Of a DNA stretch of 32,884 nt, positions 1 to 8,849 are shown one piece after another. The stretch lies in UHGV virus genome UHGV-2201191. The stretch is one strand, 5' to 3'. The DNA comes from a virus. Below the pieces are notes generated by a model, which worked only from the letters and a program-made list of their open reading frames with translations, ran no database searches and was not told the DNA's origin. Every line of letters starts with the position of its first letter. Positions within the stretch are counted from its first letter, which is position 1. The position numbers were made by a program, and so were the translations under genes.

Positions 1-864
1 CGCCAGGCGGAAGGCCTGGGCCTGGCGCAAGGGGATCTCTTCCGGGAAATCCCCTGACAGAAGTTCCGCCAGTTCCGCGTCCATGTAAGGCCGTGTGCCG
101 TTCGGGTCGGTATAGACAAAGGTGGTATTGCCGTCGTTTTCGTTGTTGACGCGCAGGGCGTCTTTCAGGATGCTGCGGATCTTCTTCTTGTTGGCTTCCG
201 TCACGCCCTGGGCATTGCTTTCCAGCGTGGCGTTGAAGCTGGCCGGAGCGGGACGGACGCGGGAAACCTCAAGACCTGCGGCACGGGCCTCGTCTGCGCT
301 TATGGGGGCAATGTTCATCCCTGAAAGATAGTCGAATGGGGGATAAGGCGTCCCAAACCTCGAAAGCCGTATCCATATATCGGAGCAAGTCAACGCATAG
401 CCGACAATATCCCCCCGGATGAACCCGGAGGATACCGCCTCCGTGGCTTCTTCTTCCAGCCCCGCTCTGGCCCGGTTCCAGCGTTCGGCCCAATAGCGGG
501 GATCTTCCCTGCCTTGGGAGCGGTAAAATTTGAAGGCGGCCGTGTCTTCATCCTGTGTCCAGTTGTACCAGTTCCGGTATCCGTGGGCCATGGCCGCGTT
601 GGTTTCCATCACGACCTGGATGCGGACCCAGGAGGACAAATCCTGAATGCCTCCCTGACCCGTCGCCGGGGGACGGTAGCCCTGCTGGCGCAGGGTTTCG
701 CGGATGGCCTGCTGCGCTTCCTCGTAGCTCAAGGCGCCGGATGCGACTTTCGCGGCCTTGTCCTCGAAATCGGACAGGATAACGCCGGGTTCCACGCCGG
801 ACACGAAAAAAGCGCGCTCGGCGTAGTCGTTGGCGATCATCTCTCTCTGGGCGGCAGTCATCAT
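1..864 (-). CDS. Phage head-region protein, C-terminus beyond window start. ATG at 864..862 overlaps the upstream stop as ATGA.
   Basis: The minus-strand frame was checked codon by codon and is open from 864 to 1 (no tta/cta/tca in plus frame 1). It is translationally coupled to the 861..1337 ORF and sits downstream of the capsid gene. It is not in the supplied ORF list because its stop lies outside the window. Confidence 0.5.
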   Translation of the reverse strand, partial: MMTAAQREMIANDYAERAFFVSGVEPGVILSDFEDKAAKVASGALSYEEAQQAIRETLRQQGYRPPATGQGGIQDLSSWVRIQVVMETNAAMAHGYRNWYNWTQDEDTAAFKFYRSQGREDPRYWAERWNRARAGLEEEATEAVSSGFIRGDIVGYALTCSDIWIRLSRFGTPYPPFDYLSGMNIAPISADEARAAGLEVSRVRPAPASFNATLESNAQGVTEANKKKIRSILKDALRVNNENDGNTTFVYTDPNGTRPYMDAELAELLSGDFPEEIPLRQAQAFRLA

Positions 865-1337
865 CGGTAGGTGCTTCGCATCGGGTTGAACCAGGGCCGG
901 CGCGTGTAGCGCGGCATCATGTAGGCGGGGTCCGCGGGAGCGGATCCGTCCACGCTTTCCGGCAGCATGTCGCCCCGGGCATAGAGAGCCAGCATCGCGT
1001 CGGCCGATTCGGCGGCTTTCTGGCGCGTTTCGGTCAGGTTGAGCTGGTAGCGCAGGTAGAGCTGACGGATGATCATCGGCCATGCCAGGGCGCGCATGCT
1101 CTGCGGAATGTCGTACATGCCGCTGTTTTGGAGCGATTGCCGCAGGGCGAGGTTGTTGGCCAGCGCCCCGCGGATGGTCATGCAGACATCGTTGACCGCC
1201 TCCATCATGACACCCTGGTAGTCCAGGCTGCGCTGCTCCCCGGCCTTCACCAGGGCGTTGCGCTCCATGGTATTGAGGCCTAGAAGGCGGTCGGCTTCGT
1301 CCGTGGTGATCGTGGACCAGGCGGGAAAGGCGGACAT
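861..1337 (-). CDS. Hypothetical phage head-associated protein (158 aa)
   Basis: Minus-strand ORF immediately downstream of the capsid gene, coupled by ATGA to the next gene. No recognisable motif. Confidence 0.45.
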   Translation of the reverse strand: MSAFPAWSTITTDEADRLLGLNTMERNALVKAGEQRSLDYQGVMMEAVNDVCMTIRGALANNLALRQSLQNSGMYDIPQSMRALAWPMIIRQLYLRYQLNLTETRQKAAESADAMLALYARGDMLPESVDGSAPADPAYMMPRYTRRPWFNPMRSTYR

Positions 1338-1357
1338 GATGGAGGCGGGCGTTGGGG

Positions 1358-2224
1358 TTAATCGCCGGATGCCGTGTTGATGCGGATAATCGCGCCGGGG
1401 TTGGTCAGCTTGGTCAGCGAGTAAACCCGGTTGGTTACCTTCGTTTCCTTGTTGGTCGGGAAGTATTCCGTCGTTACTTCCCGGCGGAACTGTCCGTTCA
1501 ACCCGAAGGTCTTGATAGCCGAGGCGTCAAACTGCGTCGGAGAATCTTCTTTGTAGAGGATGTAGACGTCGTCTTCCATCATTGTCTTCCCTTGACCGGA
1601 GGGATCGTAGAAAGGCATGTTGTTGACGTAGACTTCCTTCATCCGCGTATACAGCGATCTGTTCAGCAGATCTTCGTCGAACAGGCCGACACTGTTGTGC
1701 GACACTACCTGCCTTGCCAGCGGGTTCGACCGAAGCCGGGCCCAGGCATTGGCACCGAAAACAATCGTATTCGGCATTTTCCCGGCAGTGGCATTGATGG
1801 TGCGGATCGCGTTGTCCAAATCCGTCAGCGGGTTTTTCTGCGCATTGTCCCAATCTCCATAACCGGACGCTGCCGGAACCTGGCTCTCGATGAGCTTGGC
1901 GCGCTGGTATTCGTAAGATGTGACGAATTTCGATTCCAGGAAGCGGGCATGGGCAAGCAGAATCGCCTGCGCCTTTTCCCTGTTGACCCCCAGCATAATA
2001 TCGGGAATCGGATCCGTAAGCGCGTACCCCTGCAGGGTATCGGTTTCGGTCCGTCCGAGCATGGAAGTCTGGCGGGGAGGTTCACCGGGCGCCACCTGGA
2101 TGGGTTCCACCGTAAACGCGGCCGGCGTGTCCCATACCATATACTGGAAGGAAATATCGTATACCGGGACGAGCGGAGCGATGCGGTTGATCATGGAGTC
2201 CCGTTCCGTATTCCCCGCTCCCAC
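1358..2224 (-). CDS. Putative major capsid protein (288 aa; GTG at 2224, alternative ATG at 2194)
   Basis: Size and position after the protease/scaffold and small head protein in a terminase-portal-protease-capsid order. Call is by context only. Confidence 0.45.
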   Translation of the reverse strand: MGAGNTERDSMINRIAPLVPVYDISFQYMVWDTPAAFTVEPIQVAPGEPPRQTSMLGRTETDTLQGYALTDPIPDIMLGVNREKAQAILLAHARFLESKFVTSYEYQRAKLIESQVPAASGYGDWDNAQKNPLTDLDNAIRTINATAGKMPNTIVFGANAWARLRSNPLARQVVSHNSVGLFDEDLLNRSLYTRMKEVYVNNMPFYDPSGQGKTMMEDDVYILYKEDSPTQFDASAIKTFGLNGQFRREVTTEYFPTNKETKVTNRVYSLTKLTNPGAIIRINTASGD

Positions 2225-2315
2225 GGAAAAGGCGGTCAGGACATCGGTAAACTGAACAGCTGAATAAAATAGATTAGCCCTTGTTGTTGGTCTTTCTAAT
2301 GGTTAGAGGTGATGG

Positions 2316-2747
2316 TTAGGCGGCCGCAACCTGGTATGGAGCGACGAACCCGATTTCTATTTTTCCCGGTTCCCACGGTTCATGAATGACACGGGCATAG
2401 ACGGTGTCGCCGCTGGCGGCGGCCTTCCAGGTCCCATTGGCGGTAATAGTCACAGGCGTCCCTACGCTGATGGTTCCGGGAGTCTCGGCAAGAGACGCCT
2501 TGACCAGTCCGGCATACATGCCGACCAGAACGGCGCAGCAGGTGCCCCGGTCGGGTTGGATTTGCGTGACAAGTCCGAGCAGCTGCGTCTGCGTGGGAAG
2601 AGCCGTCAGCGGGTTGCCGACAAGCTCGGGAATATCCGGGTTCCCGGTCAGCGATACGACGGATCCTTCCAGCGTGGACAGGTCAACGCCTTCCGGCGCG
2701 TTGAAGTAGACCTCGGCGTCCGTTTGGGTGATATTGATTGATGGCAT
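2316..2747 (-). CDS. Hypothetical small head protein (143 aa), possibly decoration/DUF2190-like
   Basis: Located between the scaffold/protease-like gene and the capsid gene, as in Mu-like head modules. No motif-level proof. Confidence 0.35.
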   Translation of the reverse strand: MPSINITQTDAEVYFNAPEGVDLSTLEGSVVSLTGNPDIPELVGNPLTALPTQTQLLGLVTQIQPDRGTCCAVLVGMYAGLVKASLAETPGTISVGTPVTITANGTWKAAASGDTVYARVIHEPWEPGKIEIGFVAPYQVAAA

Positions 2748-2768
2748 TGGTTTTGATCAGGTTGATGG

Positions 2769-3884
2769 TTAGCGTTCGGAGGTGACGATGTAGCCTTCCT
2801 CGGTGGCTTTTTGGAAGGCTTCATAGCGTTCCATTCCTCCCTTCATCAGTTCGTCCACGCGGTTCTGGAATCCGTCGATGGATTCCTTCTTGCGGAACGG
2901 ATTGGGAGGCATCAGGGTAACGCGGCGGTTCAGGGGCTGCCTTTTCGGCGGCTCTTTCTTCTCCGTCTCCTCTTTGTCCCTGGGTTGAGTCTGGCGGTTG
3001 AGCGCCCTGACAAAGGCGTCCAGCGCGGCGGGGCTTTCCCGGAGAGAGTTTTTCAGCTCTTCCCGGCGTTCTTCCGTGAATTCCTCGCGTTCTTCTTCGT
3101 CCAGCGCGTTTTCGTACGTGCTGACGGCGTCGTCCACTTCGGCGTTCACGTGGTCTTTCTCACGCTTTTCCAGCGAGAGCAGTTCGTCAAGGCGTCCGAG
3201 GATAGCCCTGCTCATGTCGTCGGTGCCGTCAAATTCGACATCCAGCTTGTCAAGCAGGGAATCAAACAGGGCCCGCTGGGCCTTGTCCATTTCCTTGGAC
3301 GGATATTCTCTATCGTCGTTGTCCATATTGGTGTTCTGGGTTGTTTCCCCCTCTTCGGGGCTTTTGGTGTCGCCCCCGGACTCGTAGTTGGAGTCGGGGG
3401 AAGTCTCTCGATTGACCAGCGGCCGCTTGCCCTTGATACGGGGTCGGTTGGTCAGGGCGAATCCGGTCAGCCGTGACGGACGGTAAACGCCGTCCTTGAA
3501 GGACATCCCGTCGCCGTATTCGGTGGATGATTGCGTGTATTCTTTGTCCTCCAGCATCTTCAGTCCGCGCGGCGTCCATTCGATGAACCCGTACAGTTCC
3601 AGCGTGCCGGAAGGGTCTCGGTAGGTGTCCAGATTCTTGAGCCATCCGAGCGCCCGCGTATCGCGGGAAAGGTCGTGGCTCAGGTGGTCGCCGTCGATGA
3701 GCATGCCTGGGCCGTCAAAGGTGCGGGCGTTGAAGTCGTCCACCATGTCCCTGATCGCCTGCTCGTCGATGCGCAGCACGGCGGGGCCTTCGCCGTAGTC
3801 GACGTCATGGTCCCCGCTTTTTTCAACGTGGAACCAGCCGTTGGCGGGTCTGGACAGGTCATTGATTTGTCTGGAACTGATCAT
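2769..3884 (-). CDS. Putative prohead protease/scaffold protein (371 aa; Mu gpI-like arrangement)
   Basis: The N-terminal globular part is followed by a long, highly charged predicted coiled-coil C-terminal half (EEEREEFTEERREELK...) typical of scaffolds. The gene follows the portal directly with an AAAGGA RBS before its ATG. Confidence 0.4.
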   Translation of the reverse strand: MISSRQINDLSRPANGWFHVEKSGDHDVDYGEGPAVLRIDEQAIRDMVDDFNARTFDGPGMLIDGDHLSHDLSRDTRALGWLKNLDTYRDPSGTLELYGFIEWTPRGLKMLEDKEYTQSSTEYGDGMSFKDGVYRPSRLTGFALTNRPRIKGKRPLVNRETSPDSNYESGGDTKSPEEGETTQNTNMDNDDREYPSKEMDKAQRALFDSLLDKLDVEFDGTDDMSRAILGRLDELLSLEKREKDHVNAEVDDAVSTYENALDEEEREEFTEERREELKNSLRESPAALDAFVRALNRQTQPRDKEETEKKEPPKRQPLNRRVTLMPPNPFRKKESIDGFQNRVDELMKGGMERYEAFQKATEEGYIVTSER

Positions 3885-5052
3885 CGGTAAATCCTTTCAT
3901 GAGGCCGGCGTAAATCATCTGCTGCAACTGTTCGTAGGCGTCGGGTGGAATGAGGGATGCGGGGCCATCCCTGTTGACTGCCGCCATCGCCGGAACGGGC
4001 TCCCTTGAGTCCTCGATCGACATGCCGATCTTTTCTTCGATTTCGGTTTTCTCCGGACGGACGCCTCCGTCCGCAAGGGCGGCGATTTCCTCGGCCTTCT
4101 GCAATGGCGTCTGGACGGTGTCAAAGGTGATGTGGAGGCGGGCCAGCGGTTCGCCGTCTCCCAATATAAGCGGGCTGATGGCGGTGTTGAACGCTTCCGC
4201 CACTTTGGAGCAGACGGCGGATACCACCGCATTCCAGCTGTCCGTATGGGCGGACCCGGCCAGCGTGCCGGATCCTGATTCGTTCAGTACGGTCAGGGTT
4301 CCAGCCATGACAAAACGCACCTGGTCTTTGTCGGCCATGTTGATGCGTGAAAGAAAATAGTTTTCGTTGATATTGGACGCCTTGAGCGGTTCCGCCTTGC
4401 AGTCAGGAGGCAGCACGATGGAGGCGCCTGATTTAAGCTGTTCGCAAGCCCGTTCCAGCGCGTCCATGACGGCGGCGCTCGCGTCCTTTGGGGCGGTGAT
4501 GATGACCGGGGCGCTTCCGTACCGGTCCATGTGGTTGTCCCACGTTATCTTTGCGTGGTTGCGCTCAAAGGAGGCGCGGGCTGCCGGGAACAGGATGGGA
4601 TACCGGTGTTCCATCACGACGAGCGTTTCGTCTTCCACGCTTTCCCCGGTGTCTACGCCGATATAGCACTGTGGGTTGAACTGCCACTCGTTCAACACTC
4701 CCGGCCGCACCCAATAACGCTGCGGGATGAATTCAAAGCGGCGGCCCCATGAATCCTCGATGTATTGGAGGTGGGCGTATCCATAAAACATGGCGGAAGC
4801 CAGCTGTCCAAAAGACTGCTGCAGCCCGTTGACGGAGTGATAGAATTCTTCCAGGGCGTTTTTCTGGCGCTGGGCCTCCGGGCTGTCGTCCGCGGCGTCA
4901 ATCTTCCAGCCCTGCATGGCGACGCTTTCCACCATGCGCGAATACAGCATGCCCAGCAACCCGTCCGAATAAATGATTTCGTCCCAGATTAGCATTTGCC
5001 GGGCAAAGGCTCCCCGCCGGGCTTCATTTCTGGCCTCCACCAGGGTGCTCAA
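3859..5052 (-). CDS. Portal protein (Mu gp29/DUF935-like). Annotated start is TTG; the frame stays open a further 85 codons upstream with no ATG/GTG/TTG.
   Basis: Position directly after the large terminase and its length. The upstream frame was checked codon by codon up to a TGA at 5308..5310. Confidence 0.5.
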   Translation of the reverse strand: MSTLVEARNEARRGAFARQMLIWDEIIYSDGLLGMLYSRMVESVAMQGWKIDAADDSPEAQRQKNALEEFYHSVNGLQQSFGQLASAMFYGYAHLQYIEDSWGRRFEFIPQRYWVRPGVLNEWQFNPQCYIGVDTGESVEDETLVVMEHRYPILFPAARASFERNHAKITWDNHMDRYGSAPVIITAPKDASAAVMDALERACEQLKSGASIVLPPDCKAEPLKASNINENYFLSRINMADKDQVRFVMAGTLTVLNESGSGTLAGSAHTDSWNAVVSAVCSKVAEAFNTAISPLILGDGEPLARLHITFDTVQTPLQKAEEIAALADGGVRPEKTEIEEKIGMSIEDSREPVPAMAAVNRDGPASLIPPDAYEQLQQMIYAGLMKGFTDDQFQTNQ

Positions 5053-5336
5053 GTCGGCGCCCTGCAGCGGGTCCCAGTATTCATACCATTGGGGACGGTT
5101 GGGCTGCCGGCTTTGTTCCGTCAGGGCTCGCCGGGCGAGATCCGTCTCCAGCTCCTTGATTCTGGTCTCCTGTTGGGCGACCAGCTTCGGAGCGTTGAGT
5201 ATATTTTTTAATGCGTTGAACCTGATCCGGAAGCGAAAGAAAATGGTGGTTGCAGGGGAAAGAATTGGACTTTCAATTCGGGGACAGGAACCCCGCGTGA
5301 TACCGTTTCACCACCCTGCGATTGATTACATATCGT

Positions 5337-5365
5337 CATATACGGATATATTGATATGTTGTCAA
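5337..5365 (-). promoter_or_regulatory. AT-rich island with sigma70-like -35 TTGACA, 17-bp spacer and TATATG (minus strand) between terL and portal
   Basis: In minus-strand sense the sequence reads TTGACA acatatcaatatatccg TATATG, starting immediately after the terL stop. Confidence 0.3.
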
Positions 5366-5367
5366 CC

Positions 5368-6675
5368 CTAATATCTCCCGATGGATCGTTTGGATGACAC
5401 GGGACGCGAGTACCAGGCTCCCAGCGTCCGGGCCAGTCCGCTGTGCCGGCGCGCGTGCCAGGCCATGACGAGGGCGTCGGCGCGGTCGGGAGAACGGACG
5501 CCCCGTTTCGCCATGTCTTCCTTGCTTTCGATTTTGACGCGGCCGATCGCGTCGGTTTGGAGCCGGGGCGCTACCAGCTGCTCAATCGTGTCATCGTCAA
5601 TGTCGAGGATGAGTTCCTTTTCTTCGATGGCTCGGGCCAGGGCCCGCCATGCCTGGGCGCGGAGGTTGACAAAGGCCTGCGTATCGTCCGCCGGGAAGCC
5701 GCCCCGGTAGGAATGCACCGGGAAGCCCTCGGCGCGGAAGTCGTCAATGATGGGGAGTCCTAGGCCGTCTCCGTCCGCGTAAATGCGGTCGGCGGGGATG
5801 CCGAGTTCGGCCGCCCGGCGGCGGAACCGTCCGCGCGCTCCTACCGTATCCGGATCCGACCAGTGGTCGGCGATGAAGAATCGGTTGCCCTGGCCGGCCG
5901 CGAAGACGTTTTCGTCGCCTCCGGCCGCGAAATCGAAGCCGCCGCAGGTCTCCCCGGTGTCCCGGAAGGGAGGCGGGTTGTTGACCAGCTCCATGAGGGC
6001 GCGCCGGGGAATGACGGACTGACCGTCGAGGTCGGTGAATTCGCCGAGGATGGCGGAGCGGTAGAAGGAGGACTGTTCGCCATATTCTTTTTTCAGGCGG
6101 TCGGCCTTGCCCGGGTCGTTGATCTCAATGTGGGGGCAGTCCTCGTATTTGACGCGGATTTTGTAGTAGAGGGATGAATTTTTGTGGAAGCAGTCGTAGA
6201 AGGTGCCGGAATCGGATCCCGGCGACGAGGTGATGAACGCGTGGAAGAGCGTGCAGCGGGAAACGGCGGTGAAGATGGAGTCCGGGATGGTTTTGGCCTC
6301 GTCAAGAACATAAAAGACGGGGTCCACGTCGGGCGAGATTTTCGGGTGCCATCCTTCCGCGCGGCCGGCGTTGTCGGTCGAGAAGCCCACGGCAAAGCCT
6401 CCCTCCGGCGTGCGAATCTCGGTTTTGTTGAATGTCCAGCCGTCAAAGAAAGGGTTATCCATGTAGCGGCGGAGCGCGGGAAAGAGCTGCTTTTCCACCT
6501 GCATCCACGACGACGACGTGACCGGCACCTGACCCCGAGGGAAGCAGGTGAGGAAGTACAGGATGGCCGGAGCGATGCAGTTGCTCGTCTTGCCGGATCC
6601 GTTGGGGGCGACCAGAGCCACGCTTTTCCCTCCCAGGGTCAGCTTGCCGAGGGACAACGCCTTGATGGCCTCCAC
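5368..6675 (-). CDS. terL: Terminase large subunit (435 aa, GTG start)
   Basis: Walker A VAPNGSGKTS near the N-terminus, Walker B-like FYVLDEA, and a C-terminal nuclease-like acidic region. It is followed by the portal. Confidence 0.85.
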   Translation of the reverse strand: MEAIKALSLGKLTLGGKSVALVAPNGSGKTSNCIAPAILYFLTCFPRGQVPVTSSSWMQVEKQLFPALRRYMDNPFFDGWTFNKTEIRTPEGGFAVGFSTDNAGRAEGWHPKISPDVDPVFYVLDEAKTIPDSIFTAVSRCTLFHAFITSSPGSDSGTFYDCFHKNSSLYYKIRVKYEDCPHIEINDPGKADRLKKEYGEQSSFYRSAILGEFTDLDGQSVIPRRALMELVNNPPPFRDTGETCGGFDFAAGGDENVFAAGQGNRFFIADHWSDPDTVGARGRFRRRAAELGIPADRIYADGDGLGLPIIDDFRAEGFPVHSYRGGFPADDTQAFVNLRAQAWRALARAIEEKELILDIDDDTIEQLVAPRLQTDAIGRVKIESKEDMAKRGVRSPDRADALVMAWHARRHSGLARTLGAWYSRPVSSKRSIGRY

Positions 6676-6747
6676 CTGCCAGGGATAGGGATCCAGGCGG
6701 AGGACATGGCGAAGAAAGAAGCTGACGGGGAGGCGTGTCCTGGTCTG

Positions 6748-7155
6748 TTAAGCGTGGAGTTTGCCGGCGATGGTTTCCAGCGCGGTTTTCTCGTCTTCCT
6801 GCAGCTGGGCCAGCTGCTCGGGGTCCAGGGTGATTTTCCGTTCCAGCGGCGCGCCGGGAACGCCGGCGACATCCTGACGGACCCGGTCGCCGAATTTTTC
6901 AGGGGCGAATCGGGCGGCGACTTTCAGCCGCGTTTCGATGGCCAGCTTTTTGGCGGCTACAGCGGCGGAACCGCATTCCGGGTCGAGGGCGACTTTCGCG
7001 GCCTCGTCGGCCAGCTCCTGACAAGCGTCAAGCATGGCTTCCGACTGCGCTTCCCGCGCGCGTTGAATAAGTTGGGAAAAGTCCGGCCTGGTTTGCCGCC
7101 AGTTCCAGACGGTCCAGACGTCCGGCATGTGGTTGTCGGCGCAGATGGATTTCAT
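6748..7155 (-). CDS. Putative terminase small subunit (ATG at 7155; the track start at 7179 is GTG)
   Basis: Small basic/acidic helical protein immediately upstream of terL. Call is positional only. Confidence 0.4.
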   Translation of the reverse strand: MKSICADNHMPDVWTVWNWRQTRPDFSQLIQRAREAQSEAMLDACQELADEAAKVALDPECGSAAVAAKKLAIETRLKVAARFAPEKFGDRVRQDVAGVPGAPLERKITLDPEQLAQLQEDEKTALETIAGKLHA

Positions 7156-7355
7156 GGTTTCGCCATTGGCTAGCCGCACGGCGATCTCCTGGGCTAAATC
7201 CTCGGTGTAGAGGCTCGGCCGTCCCGGTTTTCTTTTGGTTGTAGGTGATGCTTTCTTTTTCCTGCGGTTGAAGTTTACTGGTTCAAGGAAACGGAATCAA
7301 GATTCAAGGTGGATACAGTCGCTTATCCTTCATCCTCCCAGTCCAATTTCCTCCC

Positions 7356-8099
7356 TCATTGTTCGGATTTCCTCTGGTAATCGATCTCCCGGTATGATTG
7401 CCAGTCGCAGGTGATGATGATGCCGCAAAGGTGGATGCGGGAAACAATGGCTGGTCCAAGACGATCTTCCAGGGCTGTAGGGTTGTAGTTGGCGATAAGG
7501 ATGGTCGGCTTACCGTTCTGGTGCCGGTAATCAATGAGTCTTTCCAGCGCTGGTCCCGTAAATTCAGTATCCTTAACCTCGTGATATTCGTCGAGCACCA
7601 ACAGATACGGCGCCTTGTATCGGTGCATGACGGTGGATTCCGATCCATTTCCGTTAAATGTCTCCCTCAAAGCCATCGTGTAATCGTAAGCCTTGGAATA
7701 AAGGACGCGCTTCTTCCGCCTGTACATGACACGCCCCAGAAACGTGCTCAATACCGTTTTCCCGGTGCCATAGCGCCCGTTCAGCACAATGATGCTCCCA
7801 GGCGTTAAAACGGTGCGGTAGGCATCACGGAGCGCTTTCTTCCACGGTTCTCCGGTTACTTCATCGAGACAATCAAGAGCACGGCGGGGAAATCCGCGGT
7901 CAATCAGGCCCAGGCGTTCGTACGTCGCCCGTCGTTCTTCTTCCCGCTGCTTCTCGGCAGCCAGTGCTTCCGCCTCCATCTCTTCGATGGTTTTTCCGTC
8001 ATCTGCAGCCAGCGCTTCCAGTGACGTCAGGAGGCTGTCTATTTTTCCGTCCAGGACTTTCCTAGCGTCAATGGGGTCGTCAATCTTTCCAGAGGTCAT
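7356..8099 (-). CDS. DnaC/IstB-like AAA+ helicase loader
   Basis: Walker A GRYGTGKT and Walker B LLVLDEYH. It overlaps the end of the replisome organizer gene by 20 nt. Confidence 0.8.
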   Translation of the reverse strand: MTSGKIDDPIDARKVLDGKIDSLLTSLEALAADDGKTIEEMEAEALAAEKQREEERRATYERLGLIDRGFPRRALDCLDEVTGEPWKKALRDAYRTVLTPGSIIVLNGRYGTGKTVLSTFLGRVMYRRKKRVLYSKAYDYTMALRETFNGNGSESTVMHRYKAPYLLVLDEYHEVKDTEFTGPALERLIDYRHQNGKPTILIANYNPTALEDRLGPAIVSRIHLCGIIITCDWQSYREIDYQRKSEQ

Positions 8100-8847
8100 C
8101 TCTTCTTGATGGTTTAAATGTTGATTTTAGCGGGGATCCCGCAGCATGGGAGGATTTCAGCACGGATGCGTCCGCATTGTTCCGCGCCCAGGTAGCGGCG
8201 TATTGGCGGGCCATCGGTCGCCAATCCGAGAGAGGCACGCCGTGCCTGTTCCGCCACCCAACGGCGGACTGCTCGTTGAAAAAACGTTCGGCACACCGTG
8301 TCAGCTCGTCTCCGATCGGGTGCAGTGCCTGGGCGGCCATAAAACGACCCACCTCGGAAACGTCATGAGGAAATTGGCGGACTTCGCGCCCGGTTGTAGT
8401 TGTAGTAGTAGTATCTTCTTCTCTTCTCTTCTCTGGTAACGGTTTTTGTAACGCTCCGAGCGTTACATTTGCGTTACATGTTTTTGCAACTCGCTCATTA
8501 TGAGCTTTTCTACTATTCGCAACACGGCGGTTCGTATTGGCCCTATTTTTGGCGGTTTGGCCGTTGTGGCGGTCAAAATTGGGGATTGAAAGGAGGCCCT
8601 CGCGTCCATTCAACCAGCCGACTTTGACAAGCCCGGCGGCGAAGCCGGGGCAGAATACGAGACGGTCGAGAAACGAATTTGTAACGGTAATGGCGTTACC
8701 AGAGACGGATTGCTGATCGGCCCAAATCCAGAGGCGAAGAAGCTTGCCAACCACGGCATCCTGATCAATGCCAAGGATGCCGGCCAGCTTCACCACTTCC
8801 GGTTTGTCGGGCGTCGTGTGTTCAACTTTGATCCAGTCTCCGGCCAT
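8080..8847 (-). CDS. Phage replisome organizer / replication initiator (ATG at 8847; TTG at 8853 in the track)
   Basis: The N-terminus MAGDWIKVEHTTPDKPEVVKLAGILGIDQDAVVGKLLRLWIWAD resembles the replisome-organizer N-terminal domain. A poly-Thr low-complexity linker follows. An iteron cluster is embedded in the gene, and it lies upstream of the DnaC-like gene. Confidence 0.6.
   Translation of the reverse strand: MAGDWIKVEHTTPDKPEVVKLAGILGIDQDAVVGKLLRLWIWADQQSVSGNAITVTNSFLDRLVFCPGFAAGLVKVGWLNGREGLLSIPNFDRHNGQTAKNRANTNRRVANSRKAHNERVAKTCNANVTLGALQKPLPEKRREEDTTTTTTTGREVRQFPHDVSEVGRFMAAQALHPIGDELTRCAERFFNEQSAVGWRNRHGVPLSDWRPMARQYAATWARNNADASVLKSSHAAGSPLKSTFKPSRRDDLWKD
8393..8435. repeat. Simple-sequence repeats (GTAGTT-like)n followed by (TCTTC-like)n
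   Basis: The stretch gttgtagttgtagtagtagta then tcttcttctcttctcttctct is seen directly. It encodes the poly-Thr/acidic linker of the replisome organizer. Confidence 0.6.
8446..8699. repeat. Iteron-like cluster (candidate origin of replication) inside the replisome organizer gene
   Basis: GTAACG occurs at 8446 and 8458 and CGTTAC at 8471 and 8482, with 11-13 bp spacing. A 13-bp perfect palindrome GCTCATTATGAGC and an AT-richer stretch follow. A second GTAACG/CGTTAC pair lies at 8681/8694. Confidence 0.45.
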
Positions 8848-8849
8848 AA

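Noticed and set aside
514-870. Plus-strand ORFs 514..870 and 122..331, and minus ORF 269..493
   Set aside because: They overlap a verified continuous minus-strand frame (1..864) that is translationally coupled to the upstream gene. These are typical spurious GC-rich alternative frames.
1352-2263. Long plus-strand ORFs antisense to structural or early genes (for example 1352..2263, 2811..3476, 6184..7173, 11293..12216, 13268..14008, 20569..21276, 26540..27472, 29461..30276, 31294..31986)
   Set aside because: They lie opposite strong motif-bearing minus-strand genes (capsid, terminase, Cas4-like, amidase, collagen fibre). High GC inflates antisense ORF length, and none has a recognisable motif.
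7356-8099. DnaC-like ATPase as an IS21 IstB transposition helper (mobile element)
   Set aside because: There is no adjacent IstA transposase or inverted repeats. It is coupled to a replisome-organizer gene with internal iterons, which fits a phage replication module.
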